From an uncultured delta proteobacterium (GTDB lineage: Bacteria; Myxococcota_A; Polyangia; Polyangiales; JAFGIB01): a stretch of DNA of 64,000 bases. Numbering within the stretch: the first letter of the stretch is position 1; each line of letters opens with the position of its first letter. Where the stretch lies: positions 512,001 to 576,000 of the forward strand of contig CAVZVA010000003.1 in assembly GCA_963778655.1 (NCBI GenBank), written 5' to 3'. The translations under genes were made by a program, and so were the position numbers. Shown here piece by piece: positions 61,335-64,000 of this stretch. The notes under the pieces are model-generated. The model searched no databases. It saw only the letters and a list, made by a program, of their open reading frames with translations, and was not told the DNA's origin.

Positions 61335-62396
61335 ATGACGCACAAGAGCATGGAGCGTGCGCTACGAGGGGAGCGGCAGCCGCGCGCAATCGCGCTGGCT
61401 GCGCCCGATCACGCCGGCGCCGCGCTCGATCCGGCACTGCTGGCAGGAGCGATCGGCTGCAGCGGCGACCCGCTGCTGATCGTCGACGGCTTCGACCGCA
61501 TCTGCCTGGCCAACGCAGCAGCGGCGGCTCTGCTCGGGATGTCGATCGAGCGCTTGACGCGCACACGCCTGCGCGAGCACCTGTTGGCCGGCGACGGCGA
61601 GGCGCAACGCGACTGCGCCGTGCTCGAGCGCGTGAAAGCCGGCCCCTGCCCGCGCGAACGGACGCTGCTGGACGGGCGCGCAGTGCGCGCGGTGCTCACG
61701 CCGCTGCGCAACAGCTTCGGCGGCCACACCCACGTCTGCATCACCTTGTCCGAGGTTTCGCGCCAGCCCGGCGACGGGGCTTTCGACGCGCTCGGACGGC
61801 TCGCCAGCGAGCTGGCTCACGACATCAACAACCAGCTCTCGGCCGCCCTCAACTACGTCTTCATCCTGCGGCGCCGCGTCGGCATCAGCGAGCAAACCGG
61901 CCAGCACCTCGAAGAGCTGCAGGCGGCGGCCTGGCGTGCGGCGGGGCTGACCGGGACGTTGAAGCTGCTCGGCCGCAGGCGCAGCGCCGCGCCCGAGCCG
62001 CTGCACGTGAGCCACGTGGTGGAGCGCCTGGAGCCGTTGTTGCGCCATCTGGCGCGAGAACGACAGCTCGAGATCACGCTGGCGCTGGTGCCGGACTTGC
62101 CCGAAGTCCAGCTTCCGCTCGCTTACCTCGAGCAGTTGATCGTGCTGCTGGCGCTGTACGCCATGGGTCGCGCGCCCAACGGCAGCCGCCTGGAGCTGCG
62201 CGCGGAGCCGTCCCGCGCCGACGACGGCGTGGGCGTGCGGCTGCAGTGCGAGCTGCGGGAGCAGGCCGGCGAGAGACCGGTCCACGGCGCGACGGCCGCG
62301 ACGCACGCCAATGCAGCCCTGCGCCGCGCGCTCAAGCGCTGCCACGCGCGCATGGGGCACGACCCGCAGCGGATCTGGGTCGAGCTCGCGCAGTAA
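61335..62396 (+). CDS. PAS + HisKA protein with degenerate ATP-binding domain
   Basis: PAS (DPLLIVD..DRICLANAAAAALLG); H-box LASELAHDINNQL; N-box and G-boxes lost. Confidence 0.75.
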   Translation: MTHKSMERALRGERQPRAIALAAPDHAGAALDPALLAGAIGCSGDPLLIVDGFDRICLANAAAAALLGMSIERLTRTRLREHLLAGDGEAQRDCAVLERVKAGPCPRERTLLDGRAVRAVLTPLRNSFGGHTHVCITLSEVSRQPGDGAFDALGRLASELAHDINNQLSAALNYVFILRRRVGISEQTGQHLEELQAAAWRAAGLTGTLKLLGRRRSAAPEPLHVSHVVERLEPLLRHLARERQLEITLALVPDLPEVQLPLAYLEQLIVLLALYAMGRAPNGSRLELRAEPSRADDGVGVRLQCELREQAGERPVHGATAATHANAALRRALKRCHARMGHDPQRIWVELAQ

Positions 62397-62547
62397 GGCG
62401 CCCCAAATCTAGCTCACGTTCGAGGCGCGGAGTGGACCGCTCCCATGCATCCGCGCAGCTCCCCGCGCGCAGCCCTGCTCGTGGTCGCCCGCGCGCTCCC
62501 CGTCGAGCAGGCGTGCGAGCGACGTTGCGGCCTCTGTCGACCCCTGC

Positions 62548-64000
62548 TCACGCCACCGCGGTCGCTGCGCCGCGCCGCGCGGCTTCGCGGCGCGGCTCGA
62601 AGGCGTAGGCAGCCTGGTCGAAACGCCGGGTGCGCGAGCGGAAGCGCCAGGTGAAGGTCGGCCATACAGTGGTGTTGCGGCCGCTCTTGTCCAGGTACCA
62701 CGACGCGCAGCCCGAGCTCCACACGGTGCCGGCGAGCTGCGACTGGATCTCCTGGTTGAACGCCTCCTGGACCTCGGGCCTCACCTCGACGGCGCCGGCC
62801 GCGCGCTTCTCCATGGTGCGCAGCGCGTCGAGCACGTAGCTGTACTGCGACTCCATCATGTAGATCACCGAATTGTGCCCGAGGCCGGTGTTCGGGCCGG
62901 TCAGGATGAACAGGTTGGGGAAGCCGGCCACCGTAGTCCCGAGGTAGGCGGTGGCGGTTGCCTCCCAATGCTCGGCGAGCGAGCGGCCGTCGCGCCCGAA
63001 CAGCACCTCGCCGATGGGATGGTCGGTGACTTTGAAGCCGGTGCACAGGATCACGGTGTCCACCTCGTGGAGCTCGCCGTCCTGCGTGACCACGCCGGTC
63101 TCGGTCACCTCGCGGATGCCCTCGGTCACCACGCGCGCGTTGGGCTGGGCCAACGCGGGGTAGTAGTCGTTGGACAGCAGGATGCGCTTGCAGCCCATGG
63201 CATAGCGGGGCGTGAGCTTCTTCCGCAACGCGCGGTCGGCGATCTGCGAGCGCAGGTGACCGAGCGCCATCTGCTCGCCGCGCCGCATCAGCTCGGGCTT
63301 TCGCAACCCGAGCACGACCAGCTCGCGGCCCAGATACTGGCGCAAGCGGTCGAGCTTCTGCAGCCACGGCAAGAGCCGAAACAGCCGCTGCCGCCGCGGG
63401 CTGAATGCCGGGTCGATGCGCGGCACGACCCAGGCCGGCGTGCGCTGGAACAACACCAGCTCGGAGACCTTGGGCTGGATGGAGGGCACGACCTGGATCG
63501 CCGAGGCGCCGGTGCCGATCACCGCCACCCGCTCGCCGCTCAGATCGTGATCGTGGCGCCATTGCGCCGAATGGAACACCGTGCCGCGGAAGCGGTCGAT
63601 CCCCGGGATCTCGGGAATCGAAGGCGCGCTCAGACCGCCGTGGCCCGAGATCAATACGTCGGCGGTGAAGCTGCCTTGGCTGGTGCGCAGCAGCCAATGC
63701 TGGGGCTGCTCGAGCCAGCGCGCTTCGAGCAGCTCGTGCTGGAAGCGGATGAAGGGCCGTACGCCGAAGCGGTCGGCGCAGTCGCGCAGGTAGGCCAGGA
63801 TCTCGTCCTGCCAGGCGTAGGTGCGGCTCCAGCGCGGGTTGGGCGCGAAGGAGTACGAATAGATCGTGGACGCGACATCGCACTGGCAGCCGGGGTAGGT
63901 GTTGTCGCGCCAGGTCCCGCCCACCTCGTCGGCCTTCTCCAGCACGACGAAGTCGCGCTCGCCGCGCTGCAACAGCTTGATCGCCATGCCCAGGCCGGCG
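62548..64000 (-). CDS. Flavin-containing Baeyer-Villiger monooxygenase (5' end outside the window)
   Basis: GGTWRDNTYPGCQCD, FRGTVFHSAQW (BVMO fingerprint), GTGASAIQ, GCKRIL, GFPNLF. Confidence 0.93.
   Translation of the reverse strand, partial: AGLGMAIKLLQRGERDFVVLEKADEVGGTWRDNTYPGCQCDVASTIYSYSFAPNPRWSRTYAWQDEILAYLRDCADRFGVRPFIRFQHELLEARWLEQPQHWLLRTSQGSFTADVLISGHGGLSAPSIPEIPGIDRFRGTVFHSAQWRHDHDLSGERVAVIGTGASAIQVVPSIQPKVSELVLFQRTPAWVVPRIDPAFSPRRQRLFRLLPWLQKLDRLRQYLGRELVVLGLRKPELMRRGEQMALGHLRSQIADRALRKKLTPRYAMGCKRILLSNDYYPALAQPNARVVTEGIREVTETGVVTQDGELHEVDTVILCTGFKVTDHPIGEVLFGRDGRSLAEHWEATATAYLGTTVAGFPNLFILTGPNTGLGHNSVIYMMESQYSYVLDALRTMEKRAAGAVEVRPEVQEAFNQEIQSQLAGTVWSSGCASWYLDKSGRNTTVWPTFTWRFRSRTRRFDQAAYAFEPRREAARRGAATAVA

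Overview
Very GC-rich bacterial chromosome segment with a gene content typical of Myxococcota (inferred from DUF4388/J-domain/TPR, PilZ, multi-DsbA and ECF/anti-sigma genes). It is mostly housekeeping: fused 5-oxoprolinase, radC, rpmH-rnpA-yidD-yidC-jag, rsmG, UvrD/PcrA, ECF sigma operon, TrmH, PBP1A, metK, nadB, Mrp, RarA, ccmC/ccmD, add, a Gld-type ABC system, an LMF1-like protein and a Baeyer-Villiger monooxygenase. I saw no rRNA, tRNA, CRISPR array or intact transposase. Six single-base frameshifts (three in nadB) look like assembly indels. The most notable candidates are: a lipoprotein-type Fam20C/four-jointed-like kinase behind ccmC-ccmD; a membrane P-loop ATPase coupled to an MscS channel; a Cys-containing, RxPP-ending putative leader ORF before a triple-DsbA gene; a ChpT-like pseudo-histidine-kinase; a secreted protein of about 38 14-aa repeats; a 150-bp MITE; and two dispersed structured intergenic repeat families. 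All assignments come from motifs recognised by eye; no database searches were run.
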